Positions 18,745-27,384 of a stretch of DNA of 64,000 bases are shown here, piece by piece (position 1 is the stretch's first letter; each line of letters opens with the position of its first letter). A program made the translations under genes and the position numbers. The notes beneath the pieces are model-generated. The model saw only the letters and a program-made list of their open reading frames with translations. It was not told the DNA's origin and searched no databases. The stretch is taken from positions 75,464-139,463 of the forward strand of contig CBFGKH010000007.1 in NCBI GenBank assembly GCA_965649295.1, written 5' to 3'. This stretch comes from a candidate division WOR-3 bacterium (GTDB lineage Bacteria > Hydrothermota > Tepidihabitantia > Tepidihabitantales > Tepidihabitantaceae).

Positions 18745-19980
18745 TTGCAGGAGACATTCTCCTTGGCCGCAATCTGGCTTGCCCTCGCTGTCGGGGCAAC
18801 AATCATCGCCAATCATCTACGGGTCTCGATTGCCCTGGTCGAAATCTGTGTCGGCGTAGTCGCTGGTGCTGTTGCCACTCGATTCTTTGGTCCGGATGCG
18901 CTTGGTGCAAATGCCGGCTGGTTACGGTTTCTCGCCGCGGCTGGTTCGGTACTGCTGACCTTTCTGGCTGGGGCTGAGCTCGAACCAGCGGTGCTGCGGC
19001 GCAAACTCGGTGAGGTGAGCGCAATTGGTCTGGTCGGGTTCTTTGCGCCGTTTCTGGGCTGCACAGCGGTCGCCCGATTCCTGCTTCACTGGGATATGCG
19101 GGCGAGTCTGCTTGCCGGGGTGGCGCTTTCGACCACCTCGATGGCCGTGGTCTATGCCGTGATGCTGGAGACCGGATTCAACAAAACTGAGTTCGGCAAG
19201 GGCATACTTGGCGCCTGCTTTGTCAACGACCTCGGTACTGTGCTGGCACTTGGGTTCATCTTCGCGCCATTCACCTACAAGACCGGTGTCTTTGCCTTGG
19301 TCACGGCGGTGGTGTTGATTGCGCTACCGTTTCTGACGCGTGGGCTCGCTAGCCGTTACGCGTATCGGACAGCTGCGATTCGCACCAAATGGGTCATGCT
19401 TGTTATCTTTGCGCTCGGCGCGCTCGCGCTCTGGTCAGAAAGCGAGGCGGTGCTGCCCGCCTACCTCATTGGAATGGTGCTGGCAGGCACGGCAGCGATG
19501 GACCACGACTTCGTGCGGCGCCTGCGCACCCTGACGGTTGGGTTCCTGACGCCATTCTACTTCATCCGCGCTGGTTCGCTTGTATCGGTGCCGGCGCTCA
19601 TCAGCGGGCCGCTGGCCTTTCTCGCCCTGCTTGGCGGCAAGGTTGTGACCAAGGTACTTGGCCTGTTTCCGGTCATTGCTCGGTTCCGCAAGGAGCGGAA
19701 TGAGCGCTGGTACTATACGCTGATGATGTCCACCGGCTTGACTTTCGGGACGATTGCCGCGCTCTACGGCTACTCGCATGGCATCGTCAGCGGCGCACAG
19801 TATTCCTTTCTTGTTGCCACCGTGATTGCCAGCGCGGTCGTGCCAACAGTGATTGCCACGTTAGCATTCCTGCCGCGTCACCTGCTGCCGGATGTTGACA
19901 CGCTTGGGCTGCCCGTAGAGGCGCGCGGTGACGTACGGCTGATTCCGGACGCCGAGGAAGAAGAACCAGCGGAGAGCTAG
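18745..19980 (+). CDS. cation:proton antiporter (CPA / Na+-H+ exchanger family)
   Basis: 411 aa, about 11-12 transmembrane helices, typical Na_H_Exchanger-like layout (GAELEP..., FLAGAEL). Divergent from the arsC trio. Confidence 0.7.
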   Translation: MQETFSLAAIWLALAVGATIIANHLRVSIALVEICVGVVAGAVATRFFGPDALGANAGWLRFLAAAGSVLLTFLAGAELEPAVLRRKLGEVSAIGLVGFFAPFLGCTAVARFLLHWDMRASLLAGVALSTTSMAVVYAVMLETGFNKTEFGKGILGACFVNDLGTVLALGFIFAPFTYKTGVFALVTAVVLIALPFLTRGLASRYAYRTAAIRTKWVMLVIFALGALALWSESEAVLPAYLIGMVLAGTAAMDHDFVRRLRTLTVGFLTPFYFIRAGSLVSVPALISGPLAFLALLGGKVVTKVLGLFPVIARFRKERNERWYYTLMMSTGLTFGTIAALYGYSHGIVSGAQYSFLVATVIASAVVPTVIATLAFLPRHLLPDVDTLGLPVEARGDVRLIPDAEEEEPAES

Positions 19981-19995
19981 CATGGCCAACCAGCG

Positions 19996-20220
19996 GTGGG
20001 AGCAGAGACGGTGCTTGGACCGCTGATTATAGTCACTGGCGCGTTCAGTCTGCTCGGCGGCAGTACGGCGTTCGCGATTATCTATCTGGAGTACCAACGG
20101 CACCAGCTTGGTCAGCGACGGGTGTTGGCTGAGTCGTTGCAGGCTGGCATTCTCGCTTTCGTCGTCCTTATGGTAATGGGACTTGCCGCAGGCCTGCTCG
20201 TTGGTCGCATCAGCAAATGA
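19996..20220 (+). CDS. small 2-TM membrane protein
   Basis: 74 aa, two hydrophobic helices. Its stop overlaps the next start. Confidence 0.4.
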   Translation: MGAETVLGPLIIVTGAFSLLGGSTAFAIIYLEYQRHQLGQRRVLAESLQAGILAFVVLMVMGLAAGLLVGRISK

Positions 20221-20885
20221 GCGAGCACGACATCCGGCCGAGTGCCAGCTACCATGAGCTGATTGATGCGCTGAGGTTTGGCTGTCCGGTCTGCGTCGTC
20301 GTCGGTCGGCGCATTCAGCGCTGGATTGACACCCTGCTCTATGAGCACGTCAATGACGGCCCAATCCGGGTCCGATTGCGGCGCTCACTTGGATTCTGTA
20401 ACCGGCACGCGTGGCTCGTGAGGGCGGCCGGGGATGCTCTTGGCCAGGTGACCATCTACGAGGACATCCTGACGGTAGCGGCACAACAACTGCAAGGCGG
20501 CCGGCTACCACTACCGGGTAGTGAGTGCATCTTGTGCCAGGAGGAAGCGGCAGTGCGAAGGGCGGCTATTGACGAGTTTGTCCGGCATCTGCACGATGAC
20601 GAACTGCAGGCTCGCTACCGCGAGTCAACCGGGCTCTGTCTAGTGCACCTTGGCGATGCCTTGGCGCACGCCGATGACGCCGCGCTGCGAACCGAGCTTC
20701 TCCAAGTCGAGTACCAAAAGGTCGTAGGTATCGTCGGTGACCTGGCTGAGCTCAAGCGGCGTCAGGACTGGCGCTTGGCCGGCAGGCCACCGGGCCGTGA
20801 GCGTGACGCTTGGGATCGAGCAATCGAGAAACTACGCGGTCGGCCGGGCACAAGCAGCGGAAACGAAGGCGTAGCTAGCAGATGA
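20217..20885 (+). CDS. Cys-rich protein with two tandem CxxC...CxxH metal-binding motifs, unknown function
   Basis: 222 aa. GCPVC...FCNRHAW and CILC...LCLVHLG form a duplicated CxxC-(30-40)-CxxH pattern. Stop overlaps the next start. Confidence 0.5.
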   Translation: MSEHDIRPSASYHELIDALRFGCPVCVVVGRRIQRWIDTLLYEHVNDGPIRVRLRRSLGFCNRHAWLVRAAGDALGQVTIYEDILTVAAQQLQGGRLPLPGSECILCQEEAAVRRAAIDEFVRHLHDDELQARYRESTGLCLVHLGDALAHADDAALRTELLQVEYQKVVGIVGDLAELKRRQDWRLAGRPPGRERDAWDRAIEKLRGRPGTSSGNEGVASR

Positions 20886-21478
20886 CAATGGCAGGAGACG
20901 ACCGAGTTATTGGTCGGTGCCGAATCTGCAACGAGCCAATGAAAGCCGGACAGGTCTTCTGTTTCGCCTGTGGCGCACGACCGAATGAGCGCGCACCGCA
21001 TCCCGGGTTTCGATTCGGTCTCGGCACCTTCGCCGTACTCGCAGTTGCCTGGTTACTGCTGGCTGGGCTGGTGGTTGTTCCGATTGTCTCAGGCCAGTCC
21101 TGGCGGACAGTGCTGGGGCGACCGGCGACTGCCGCAAGTGACGATGCTGACGAGGTCAGAGCTGCCGCCAATCTGACTGCCCAATATCAGCGCCGGGTGA
21201 ATCTGCTGCTGCGCGAGGTCGCCCACATTAGGCATGGCGGCGGCCGTCGTGCGTCGGTCGACTCGCTGGCCGCGATACTCGACTGGGCCCGGGTTCAGCT
21301 CCAAGCAACCCGACAGATGGCCGGCGTCTTTGCCGTCGTCACTGACTCCGAAGCCCAGAGCGACGTACAGCGGTTTCTCGACGACCGGCTCCACAAGATA
21401 CAGTCGCGGCTCGATCAAGTTTCGCCTGGCAGCCGCTACCAGCCTGCGGCCGCCCGCGCTGGAACCGCGCTGCCCTGA
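20882..21478 (+). CDS. zinc-ribbon membrane protein
   Basis: 198 aa. N-terminal CRICNEPMKAGQVFCFACG zinc ribbon, then a transmembrane helix (FAVLAVAWLLLAGLVVVPIV). Confidence 0.45.
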   Translation: MTMAGDDRVIGRCRICNEPMKAGQVFCFACGARPNERAPHPGFRFGLGTFAVLAVAWLLLAGLVVVPIVSGQSWRTVLGRPATAASDDADEVRAAANLTAQYQRRVNLLLREVAHIRHGGGRRASVDSLAAILDWARVQLQATRQMAGVFAVVTDSEAQSDVQRFLDDRLHKIQSRLDQVSPGSRYQPAAARAGTALP

Positions 21479-21790
21479 CCGCGACGCGAGCCAGTCAGGG
21501 CAGGCTGTTCTCAGCCGTGTGCCGTGCCGCTGACAGTCGGGACAAGCTGCCAAGCTTCTGTCGCGCGGGCAAACGCGGCCAGGGTCGAGTCCTTATTGCC
21601 GCCGCGGCGACCGTGAAGGCCATGGACAGCGAAGAATCAGTTAGCCGGTCGGTCGAACCAGAGAAACATGGTCGGCGCTACTGCGTCGCGTCTAGCCCGG
21701 CAAGTGGAGTTGGTTCAGCGGGAGCGAAGCTGGCGAACTGAGGCGTGGTCTTGTTTAAACACATCTGTGGCCAGGGATAGCCGTCGGGGC

Positions 21791-21818
21791 TTGACAGCAT
21801 TATGTCAGCATCTATGAT
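21791..21818 (+). promoter_or_regulatory. candidate sigma70 promoter for the TM2 gene
   Basis: TTGACA (21791-21796), 16 nt, TATGAT (21813-21818). AAGGAGGA RBS at 21827-21834. Confidence 0.45.
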
Positions 21819-21838
21819 TGGCCACAAAGGAGGACTGT

Positions 21839-22150
21839 GTGTATTGTAAGAACTGTGGTGCGGAGATTAGCGACAACGCCGACGTCTGTGTCAAGTGCGG
21901 CGTGGCCGTGACGAAGCCAATTGAGAAGCCCGAGAAGCTGCCCGGCCAGAAGGATTGGCTGACAGCGCTGCTACTTTCGATATTCCTCGGACAGTTGGGC
22001 GTGGACCGGTTCTATCTGGGCTATGTCGGGCTGGGAATCATCAAGTTACTGACCGCGGGCGGGTGTGGTATCTGGTGGTTGATTGATGTCATCATTATTG
22101 CCGGCAACAACCTGAAGGACGCCCAGGGCAGACCTTTGTACAAGAGCTAG
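21839..22150 (+). CDS. TM2-domain protein with N-terminal zinc ribbon
   Basis: GTG start 5 nt after the AAGGAGGA RBS; the ORF track uses TTG at 21818. CKNCGAEISDNADVCVKCG zinc ribbon. TM2 signature LLLSIFLGQLGVDRFYLGYVGLGIIKL. Confidence 0.7.
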   Translation: MYCKNCGAEISDNADVCVKCGVAVTKPIEKPEKLPGQKDWLTALLLSIFLGQLGVDRFYLGYVGLGIIKLLTAGGCGIWWLIDVIIIAGNNLKDAQGRPLYKS

Positions 22151-22163
22151 CAGAGAGCAGGTC

Positions 22164-22556
22164 GTGCAGCGACAGCAGCTTGTGACTGCGGCTTTGCTTT
22201 CGGCCGCAGTTGTTCTGCTGATAGTGATTCCGCCGTCATTCTTCGAGCGGCTTCCTTCGGTCTGTCTCCACCAATGGTTGTTTCGACTGGTCGGATTACG
22301 GGGGGCAGCTTGCTGCCCGGGCTGCGGTAGCGTGCGGGCGTTATCGCACCTGTTTCACGGTCAGATTGCCCAGGCAGTCAGGTACAACGTCAACTGCCTG
22401 TTGATTGCGCCGCTCGTCATCGGTCTCATTGCCCTCAATTTTGGTCGCTGGCTGCACGGCCGGATAACAAGTCAGAGCCGGATTACGGCACTCCGTGCTG
22501 GCGACTTGCCGGGTCGCATCGTCGAGCCGGATTGTGAGTCTTCGCGTATCATGTAA
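22164..22556 (+). CDS. DUF2752-family membrane protein
   Basis: 130 aa. CPGCGSVRA motif (DUF2752 consensus CPxCGxTRA) between two transmembrane helices. Confidence 0.6.
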   Translation: MQRQQLVTAALLSAAVVLLIVIPPSFFERLPSVCLHQWLFRLVGLRGAACCPGCGSVRALSHLFHGQIAQAVRYNVNCLLIAPLVIGLIALNFGRWLHGRITSQSRITALRAGDLPGRIVEPDCESSRIM

Positions 22557-23079
22557 CTACCTTTCCGTCCGAACCCAGCCGGACCGTTCTCCATTCGTAG
22601 TTTCCGTGCTTGAGGACACGGCGAATCGAATCCTGAATCCGCTCGCGCCGCTTATCGCGCGCTGGGCCGTCAAGAAGCACGAGCCTTCGGACCGACTCGC
22701 GTAGCGTCATACCGTCGAATACCACGAAGTCAACTGGGTCGAACATCGGCTTTAGGTCCTGTGGATAATAGCCGAGTCTGCTGATTGTGGGAACGCGCTT
22801 CTTGAGCATCGCCGGCAGTCGCCGTCGGCCCATCTCCTGCGCGCGTCGGCGCAGTTCTGCCTTTTGTTCCTCAAACCGCTCTTCGGCAAGGTCCATGCGC
22901 CGCTTTCTGTCTCGGAGTTCATCAAGCCACGTGCGTTTGGGCTTTGCTCGATACGATAGTTTCATCTCGCTGAGACGGTGGATTCCGCCACAACGCGGGC
23001 AGACGACTAGTATGCGCTGGAAGTCTTGGAATGCAGCCAGAATCGGAGTTCTCATAGCTTCCCTCGGTAAGTGGCCCAA
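22549..23079 (-). CDS. PD-(D/E)xK Holliday-junction-resolvase-like endonuclease-family protein; paralog with degenerate catalytic motif
   Basis: 176 aa. N-terminal CPRCGG zinc knuckle, coiled-coil middle. C-terminal LKPMFDPVDFVVFDGM...LVLLDGPARDKRRERIQDSIRRVLKHGNYEW aligns to its upstream paralog, but the VKTG lysine is replaced (DGPA). Confidence 0.5.
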   Translation of the reverse strand: MGHLPREAMRTPILAAFQDFQRILVVCPRCGGIHRLSEMKLSYRAKPKRTWLDELRDRKRRMDLAEERFEEQKAELRRRAQEMGRRRLPAMLKKRVPTISRLGYYPQDLKPMFDPVDFVVFDGMTLRESVRRLVLLDGPARDKRRERIQDSIRRVLKHGNYEWRTVRLGSDGKVVT

Positions 23080-23549
23080 TTGACCTTCCCGCGTTCAACC
23101 GCGTCTCTTATCTGCTTCTGAGTTGGGGTGAGTTGTGCACCGCCAGTCTTCACATCGAAGAAGAGGATTGAGTCAACTCTGCCGTTAGCAGCGGCAAGAC
23201 CGTTGAACGCAACGTAGTCAATCGGCTCAAAGAGCGGCCTGAGGTCGCGGCAGTCCATGTCGAACCCGCTCATCGCGGGGGCTACCTTTTCAAGTATCTT
23301 GCCGATGTTGATTGAGACCGTGGCCGTTTGAGAACGTTCCTTGAGCTTGCGCCGTGCTTCGCGCAGGTTCTTTCTCCTCTCTTCCAGGCTGGCTTCCCAT
23401 TCGTCCAGCACCGCTTTGGCTTCTGCGGGGACCGGGTCGCCAATGTAGAACATCACGGCGTCCGCGAGGGAGAACATCTCCCCGCTGTCCGGGCACTCTG
23501 CCAGTATTCGGCGGTCGGCCTGCAGCTCGGCGATAGTATTCTGTTTCAT
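23052..23549 (-). CDS. PD-(D/E)xK Holliday-junction-resolvase-like endonuclease (Endonuc_Holl / COG4741-like)
   Basis: 165 aa. C-terminal LRPLFEPIDYVAFNGL...VDSILFFDVKTGGAQLTPTQKQIRDAVERGKVNW (D...D-V-K core). The family assignment is from memory of the motif. Confidence 0.55.
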   Translation of the reverse strand: MKQNTIAELQADRRILAECPDSGEMFSLADAVMFYIGDPVPAEAKAVLDEWEASLEERRKNLREARRKLKERSQTATVSINIGKILEKVAPAMSGFDMDCRDLRPLFEPIDYVAFNGLAAANGRVDSILFFDVKTGGAQLTPTQKQIRDAVERGKVNWATYRGKL

Positions 23550-23618
23550 TCGTTTCTCCAGTTTCTCCCAGTCTCGTCCAAGCGGGACAAAAGCGCGGAG
23601 CTGTCGCCCCTGTCGGGA

Positions 23619-23646
23619 GCATAGGAGTGCGAGTGAGCGAAGTCAA
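23619..23646 (-). promoter_or_regulatory. candidate promoter for the nuclease pair
   Basis: On the minus strand: TTGACT (23646..23641), 16 nt, TATGCT (23624..23619). Confidence 0.35.
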
Positions 23647-23749
23647 GCAACGATAACGTCTGTCATGTCATTGGAATATGTGTACTTTAACATTGGAAAT
23701 AGCGGGCAGCCGGATGCGCAAGCGGTGGGACGTGGTACGTGGCCAGCGG

Positions 23750-24116
23750 TCAGCGGGAGCCGGTCGCCGGTCTGATTCGGACGCCGTCGCGGGTGATGAT
23801 TATGAGACGGCCTCGTATTCTGTCCTCGGACAACGACTGGAAGTGACGCCGGAACGTCGCGGTTGCCTGTGCGACGGTCATCCGGTAGAGCTTGGCAACC
23901 ACTATGCCGCCGCACTTTGCAGGTGGGAATCTGAGCGAGCGCGTGAAGTCCTTGTCCATTGTGACGATAACCAGTTGCTCCCTGACCGCCCGTTCGAAGA
24001 CCGCTTCGTCGGGTGCACCGGCCAGTTCAGTATGTTTAGTGTCGAAGACTGAGTGGCCGGCAGCGCAGATACTCTACGATCGGGTCGTAGAGATTCTCAT
24101 TCGCCAGTATCCTCAC
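23750..24116 (-). pseudogene. DUF5615 (PIN-like/Mut7-C toxin-like) gene interrupted by a 1-nt frameshift
   Basis: The GTG start overlaps the DUF433 stop. Frame A reads VRILANENLYDPIVEYLR then hits a stop. Frame B continues ...AAGHSVFDTKHTELAGAPDEAVFERAVREQLVIVTMDKDFTRS...IIITRDGVRIRPATGSR. The shift lies near 24058-24066. Confidence 0.55.
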
Positions 24117-24337
24117 ATCGTGACGCCGGCTTCTTCTTCGGCCAGCATTGCCGCATAGCCGATACAGGCTTGGATGTCGTTATCGGTGAGGTCAGGATAA
24201 GCCCTTCTGATGCCGTCGTATGTCTCGCCGGCCGCTAGCAGGTCGAGGATGATATGGACAGGAATCCGGGTCCCTCTAATACAGGGCTTGCCGCTGCAGA
24301 TCCGCGCGTCAGAGGAAATTCTGTCTTGCCAGAGCAT
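24113..24337 (-). CDS. DUF433 antitoxin-like protein
   Basis: 74 aa. CSGKPCIRGTRIPVHIILDLLAAGETYDGIRRAYPDLTDNDIQACIGYAA is the DUF433 signature. Confidence 0.75.
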   Translation of the reverse strand: MLWQDRISSDARICSGKPCIRGTRIPVHIILDLLAAGETYDGIRRAYPDLTDNDIQACIGYAAMLAEEEAGVTM

Positions 24338-24781
24338 GATCTAGTCTATGTCGAGCACATAGGCAGTCGAGGGCGAAGAGTGCGTGCGCGGATGTCAGCC
24401 GTCAGAATGTGTCCGTGCGTCAAACAGGGAAACGCGGAGCGAAGCAGCCGCTGGTCTTGCGGTAGATGCGGACGAGGAGGAGCATCACCGGGACTGGGAT
24501 GAGCACGCCGACTGGTCACTTACTCGCTTTAGCGCAAGCGATTACGCAAATCTTGACATGAGACCGGCGGTACACATAATTAGCTCGTTTTGACTGGCCT
24601 GGAAGGGTAGGCCGTGATGCGCTGCAAGCGGATGCTGCAATGGCATCCATGTTCGAATCGTTGGTCCCTGACGACAAACTGAGTCCGTAAAGGCTGTGTC
24701 GGTTCTGCTAGTGGGCAGATGGGCAGCGCCGGCGCACCGAAGGGGTTATGGCGTTGCTCGTGATGGGAGGATCAAATCAGC

Positions 24782-25558
24782 ATGATGGCGCGGCTTAGTC
24801 TTGTCCTGGCTGCAGCCTTGTCAATAGCTGTGGCTGATGTGGTGATAACGAAGAATGATGCCTTCCGGGGCGAGATTGTGTCGGTGGATGCTATTGCCAC
24901 TGATACCTTTGTTGTACGGTTGAAAATAGCCACGGGCGGCATCCGCGTAATTCCGGTGGCAGACATAATCGAGGTGAGAACACCTGACCAGAGTAAGGCT
25001 GACTGGATTAGTGGAACCGTACCTAGTATGAAGGTTGTCGTGGGTGAAGACGGCGAAGTGCCACCCCTGACAATTCTGCCGACGCAGCCCGATTCCAATT
25101 CGTTGGCGAAGGATGACCCGATTCGAGCAGGAGCATGGTTGCTGGGTGGCGGCGCCAGCCTTTCAGTGCAGTCGGTGGCCAATGTAACCAGCACGACATT
25201 GTCTATCACACCAGGCATTAGTTACTTTGTTGCCCGTGGGATTGGGCTTGGTGGCGAGCTGAACGTCGCATCCACGGCTGTGGGCGGGAATTCAAATTCC
25301 ACCACGTTTCTCGGGCTCAAGGCAACCGGTGCATTCGGCCCGAAGGACAGTAGGTTGTTCATGCTTGCCGAGTTCGGGCTTGGCACGGTTGGTAGTGGCG
25401 GTTCGACGACCAGAACTACTCTGGGCATAGGCGTCCTGCCGGTGGCAGCCAGCCATCTGGGCGTTCCTCTCAAACTTGCGCTTCATCTTGACCGCACCGG
25501 CGGGGCGACACTCTCAACCTGGCTGTTGTCGGTTGGCATGTGTGCGCTGGTGCATTGA
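24782..25558 (+). CDS. secreted Gly/Thr/Ser-rich protein (possible outer-membrane beta-barrel), unknown function
   Basis: 258 aa. Signal peptide, then alternating G/S/T-rich beta-strand-like segments. Confidence 0.4.
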   Translation: MMARLSLVLAAALSIAVADVVITKNDAFRGEIVSVDAIATDTFVVRLKIATGGIRVIPVADIIEVRTPDQSKADWISGTVPSMKVVVGEDGEVPPLTILPTQPDSNSLAKDDPIRAGAWLLGGGASLSVQSVANVTSTTLSITPGISYFVARGIGLGGELNVASTAVGGNSNSTTFLGLKATGAFGPKDSRLFMLAEFGLGTVGSGGSTTRTTLGIGVLPVAASHLGVPLKLALHLDRTGGATLSTWLLSVGMCALVH

Positions 25559-25611
25559 CACGCGGGAGTTTAGTTAGAGAGCACTGCTAGCACAAAGAAA
25601 GGAGGTAGGCG

Positions 25612-26361
25612 ATGATCAAGCTGCGGAGACGGGACGATTCCGGGAAGATAACCGAATGGGAGGTCACATACGGTGAGCTTGAAATGGGGTTGATGCTGAA
25701 CAAGATTGATCCCCTAATTGAAGTCTGGTCAGACACGCTGACCCAGGGCCAGTGGAAACCGGTCCACGAGTTGACGCTGTACAAGGAGTTCGTTGGCGAA
25801 CGTCAAGACAAGGGAGAGGGCAAGTGGACGTGCGGGGTGTGTGGCAGACAGTGCAAGGGCACCAACGACCGCTGCTGGTACTGCAACATGCCAAAAGGCA
25901 GCGGACAAACAGCAGCAGCAATAGAACAGTCTTACACGGCTCTCGGCACACTAGAGTCGGATAGTCAATATAGTGGCTATCGTAGATTCTCCGCAGGTTT
26001 GTTCGCCCTCTTGCTCCTAGTATTTGCGCTGCCATTCGTGCGTTTGACATGCGGCGGCGACGAAGTGGCGAGATTCTCAGGCTATGAGCTGGCTGTCGGG
26101 AAAACCGTAGAGACTTCGAGTACCGGTGGCCATGAACAGCGCACGGTGCGCCCCAATTTTCTTGCGATACTCGTCATTGCTACTGCGATCGCTGGTCTTT
26201 CCCTGTGCGTGATGTCAGACCGCGCAGGTGCTGTGGCTAGGACAGTGGCAAGTGGGATTGGGATACTGCTTCTGTTTGTTCTATCGAGCAGCGTCACTGA
26301 TGAAATCGCCAAGGAAGGGGGGGCGTACTCAAGGTGGAATTCCTTGGAGGCTACTACCTGA
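25612..26361 (+). CDS. zinc-ribbon membrane protein
   Basis: 249 aa. AAGGAGG RBS. CGVCGRQCKGTNDRCWYCNMP zinc ribbon followed by four hydrophobic helices. Confidence 0.55.
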   Translation: MIKLRRRDDSGKITEWEVTYGELEMGLMLNKIDPLIEVWSDTLTQGQWKPVHELTLYKEFVGERQDKGEGKWTCGVCGRQCKGTNDRCWYCNMPKGSGQTAAAIEQSYTALGTLESDSQYSGYRRFSAGLFALLLLVFALPFVRLTCGGDEVARFSGYELAVGKTVETSSTGGHEQRTVRPNFLAILVIATAIAGLSLCVMSDRAGAVARTVASGIGILLLFVLSSSVTDEIAKEGGAYSRWNSLEATT

Positions 26362-26564
26362 GCCTGTTTCTGTTTCTAGGCGCAAGTGTTCTCAACTTTC
26401 TGTCACTGCTTCCCAAGCCCGTGGCAGATGCGACTCCGGCAACCGGTCCGCCGACGCGATCTACGTCCAGACAGGTGAATTACTGTCCGAATTGCGGTAA
26501 ACCCGTTTCGTCGGGGGATACCTTCTGCTCTAATTGCGGTGACCGGGTACGAGAAGATGTCTGA
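26334..26564 (+). CDS. small membrane protein with C-terminal zinc ribbon
   Basis: 76 aa. Transmembrane helix, then CPNCGKPVSSGDTFCSNCG. GTG start inside the 3' end of the previous gene, with a weak RBS. Confidence 0.4.
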   Translation: MEFLGGYYLSLFLFLGASVLNFLSLLPKPVADATPATGPPTRSTSRQVNYCPNCGKPVSSGDTFCSNCGDRVREDV

Positions 26565-26582
26565 ATTCAAAGGAGGTAAGCC

Positions 26583-26876
26583 ATGAACAGACTGTCGTTC
26601 GGTTTATGCGTGGGTTTCATCCTCACACTTGTGGGAATTGACTGGGTTTGGCGGGCGCTTTACGGAATCCTGGACGCTGCATTCGGGCGCAGACAGGTTC
26701 AAACGTTCAACATTGTACTCCTACTGGGAAGCGTGGTCGCTGTGTTTGCGGGTCTCTGGATGCTGGCGCGAGCGACGCAGCCCGGCAGCAGCGGTGCCGG
26801 ACAATCTGTCTGCGCCTGTGGCGCAAGAGTAGCGCCCAACGCTAAGTTCTGCGCGAACTGCGGCCGACAGGTCTGA
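26583..26876 (+). CDS. small membrane protein with C-terminal zinc ribbon
   Basis: 97 aa. AGGAGG RBS. Two transmembrane helices, then CACGARVAPNAKFCANCG. Confidence 0.5.
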   Translation: MNRLSFGLCVGFILTLVGIDWVWRALYGILDAAFGRRQVQTFNIVLLLGSVVAVFAGLWMLARATQPGSSGAGQSVCACGARVAPNAKFCANCGRQV

Positions 26877-26901
26877 CAAACAAACACAGGGAGGTCGTGC
26901 G

Positions 26902-27384
26902 TTGCCTAGCTGTGCTAGGTGTGCGGCCTTAGTCAAGGACGGTCAGAAGTTCTGTCACCGGTGTGGCGCGGATCTGGCCGATGAGGCCGCGGAAGAGCAC
27001 ACCGAGGAAGAGCAGCGCGATGGCGTACATCGTGAACGGCTTGACCGCCCAGTTGACAAAGAGCGTGAGCCCGACCGGCTTGGCGCTGCGGCCGGCCTTG
27101 AGCACCTCGGCGAAGTCTATCTTCACCATGATGGGATACATCATGAAGAAGAGGCAGACGGCAATCGGGATGGAGATGACCGGCGCGCCGCCGGAATAGA
27201 TAGCGAGGCCGTCCAGAGTGCGCGCGACCGAAGGCGCAAGCCGGCCGAGCAGGATGCCCGCGCCGATGCAGGCCAGCACCCAGACGGTCAGGTATTTCTC
27301 AAAGACGCTCAGGCCTTTGGGTTTCTTCTCGATACGGGCTTCAGTGACGGGGGACACCTGCCTGCCTCCTCAGGTGGACACTGA
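26902..27384 (+). CDS. possible zinc-ribbon ORF; only the first ~25 aa are convincing
   Basis: AGGGAGG RBS 6 nt before the TTG start. [20 protein letters not shown] zinc ribbon. The remainder is a charged low-complexity read-through that is antisense to the acr3 fragment. Confidence 0.3.
   Translation: MPSCARCAALVKDGQKFCHRCGADLADEAAEEHTEEEQRDGVHRERLDRPVDKEREPDRLGAAAGLEHLGEVYLHHDGIHHEEEADGNRDGDDRRAAGIDSEAVQSARDRRRKPAEQDARADAGQHPDGQVFLKDAQAFGFLLDTGFSDGGHLPASSGGH
26929..27357 (-). pseudogene. acr3 (arsenite efflux permease) N-terminal remnant
   Basis: The 142 aa ([23 protein letters not shown]...[13 protein letters not shown]...[22 protein letters not shown]) match the Acr3 N-terminus and then stop. 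No continuation in any frame downstream. Confidence 0.5.

Noticed and set aside
24640-24660. GTTCGAATC T-loop-like string (possible tRNA)
   Set aside because: No complementary T-stem, acceptor stem or anticodon arm can be built around it. No tRNA called anywhere in the window.
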